This document shows positions 61,206 through 61,488 of a DNA stretch of 61,488 nucleotides, piece by piece. Below the pieces are notes generated by a model. That model did not search any database. It had not been told where the DNA came from and saw only the letters and a list, made by a program, of their open reading frames with translations. Origin of the DNA: Flavobacteriales bacterium (GTDB lineage Bacteria > Bacteroidota > Bacteroidia > Flavobacteriales > Schleiferiaceae). The translations under genes and the position numbers were made by a program. The stretch spans positions 1 to 61,488 of the forward strand of contig JAYPYZ010000004.1 of NCBI GenBank assembly GCA_038154705.1, given 5' to 3'. Every line of letters starts with the position of its first letter. Within the stretch, counting starts at the first letter, position 1.

Positions 61206-61488
61206 AAATTGGTCGTGTATCCCTTCTCGCGGTAGAAATCTTCAATGATGGTGAGCACTTCCTCTGGTGTATCTACTAGGTGGAGTAGGTCTGTGTCATT
61301 GGGCGAAATCTTACCCGTTACCTTTAACGTATTTTCAACCCAATCCTTAAGTCCGGCCCAGAAGTCTTTGCCGACGAGGATCACGGGGAATCGGTCGATT
61401 TTCCCAGTTTGAATCAAGGTGACGGCTTCGAATAATTCATCCAAGGTGCCAAATCCGCCTGGCATGACCACAAAGGCTTGGCTGTATT
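61202..61488 (-). CDS. LOG family (TIGR00730) nucleotide hydrolase, C-terminal part (5' end outside window)
   Basis: PGGFGTLDELFE motif. The reading frame stays open to the window edge (…YSQAFVVMPGG), so the tracked GTG start is not the real start. Confidence 0.8.
   Translation of the reverse strand, partial: YSQAFVVMPGGFGTLDELFEAVTLIQTGKIDRFPVILVGKDFWAGLKDWVENTLKVTGKISPNDTDLLHLVDTPEEVLTIIEDFYREKGYTTNF

Overview
The window is a gene-dense core-chromosome segment of a Bacteroidota genome, probably a marine Flavobacteriia-like organism. Evidence for that placement: a Na+-NQR operon, fused SecDF, type III glutamine synthetase, split transketolase, DUF3467 after rpoC, four proteins with T9SS C-terminal sorting domains, TAnnTTTG -7 promoter boxes, and no Shine-Dalgarno sequences except at rpsU. 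Gene order: nqrB(partial)CDEF-apbE with a convergent nqrM; mdh; a DCC-family gene coupled to a large FG-GAP T9SS protein; secDF; tatA; a CaCA antiporter; GS-III; a TPR/TolB/OmpA/LysM envelope protein; purM-prfA-pyrF; a sulfur module (TauE, PDO-rhodanese fusion, two YeeE/YedE proteins, TsdA-like dihaem cytochrome); an RCK K+ channel; an RmlD-like reductase; an NSS transporter plus an untracked 47-aa small subunit; a ComEA-like protein; rpsU, xer and hpf. Then comes the classical block tRNA-Thr/Tyr/Gly/Thr-tuf-tRNA-Trp-secE-nusG-rplKAJL-rpoBC, followed by DUF3467 and a DOMON-like T9SS protein. On the minus strand: a class III aminotransferase, an ECF sigma/anti-sigma/Spy-like triad, and split transketolase with a secreted VWA gene nested inside it. 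The window ends with ychF, parE-parC, an LVIVD T9SS protein and a partial LOG gene. I saw no rRNA, CRISPR array, transposase, prophage or recognisable defence genes, and no compositional break visible by eye. I therefore cannot support a clear novel system. The best leads are modest: the VWA gene inside the tkt operon, the regulator-less and SQR-less sulfur module, the FG-GAP/DCC translational coupling, the MetS-like micro-ORF, an atypical K+ channel filter, a possible clamp-binding tail on ParC, and two candidate leaderless mRNAs. All coordinates were derived by hand from the printed sequence and the ORF track. Family assignments rest on motif recognition, not database searches.
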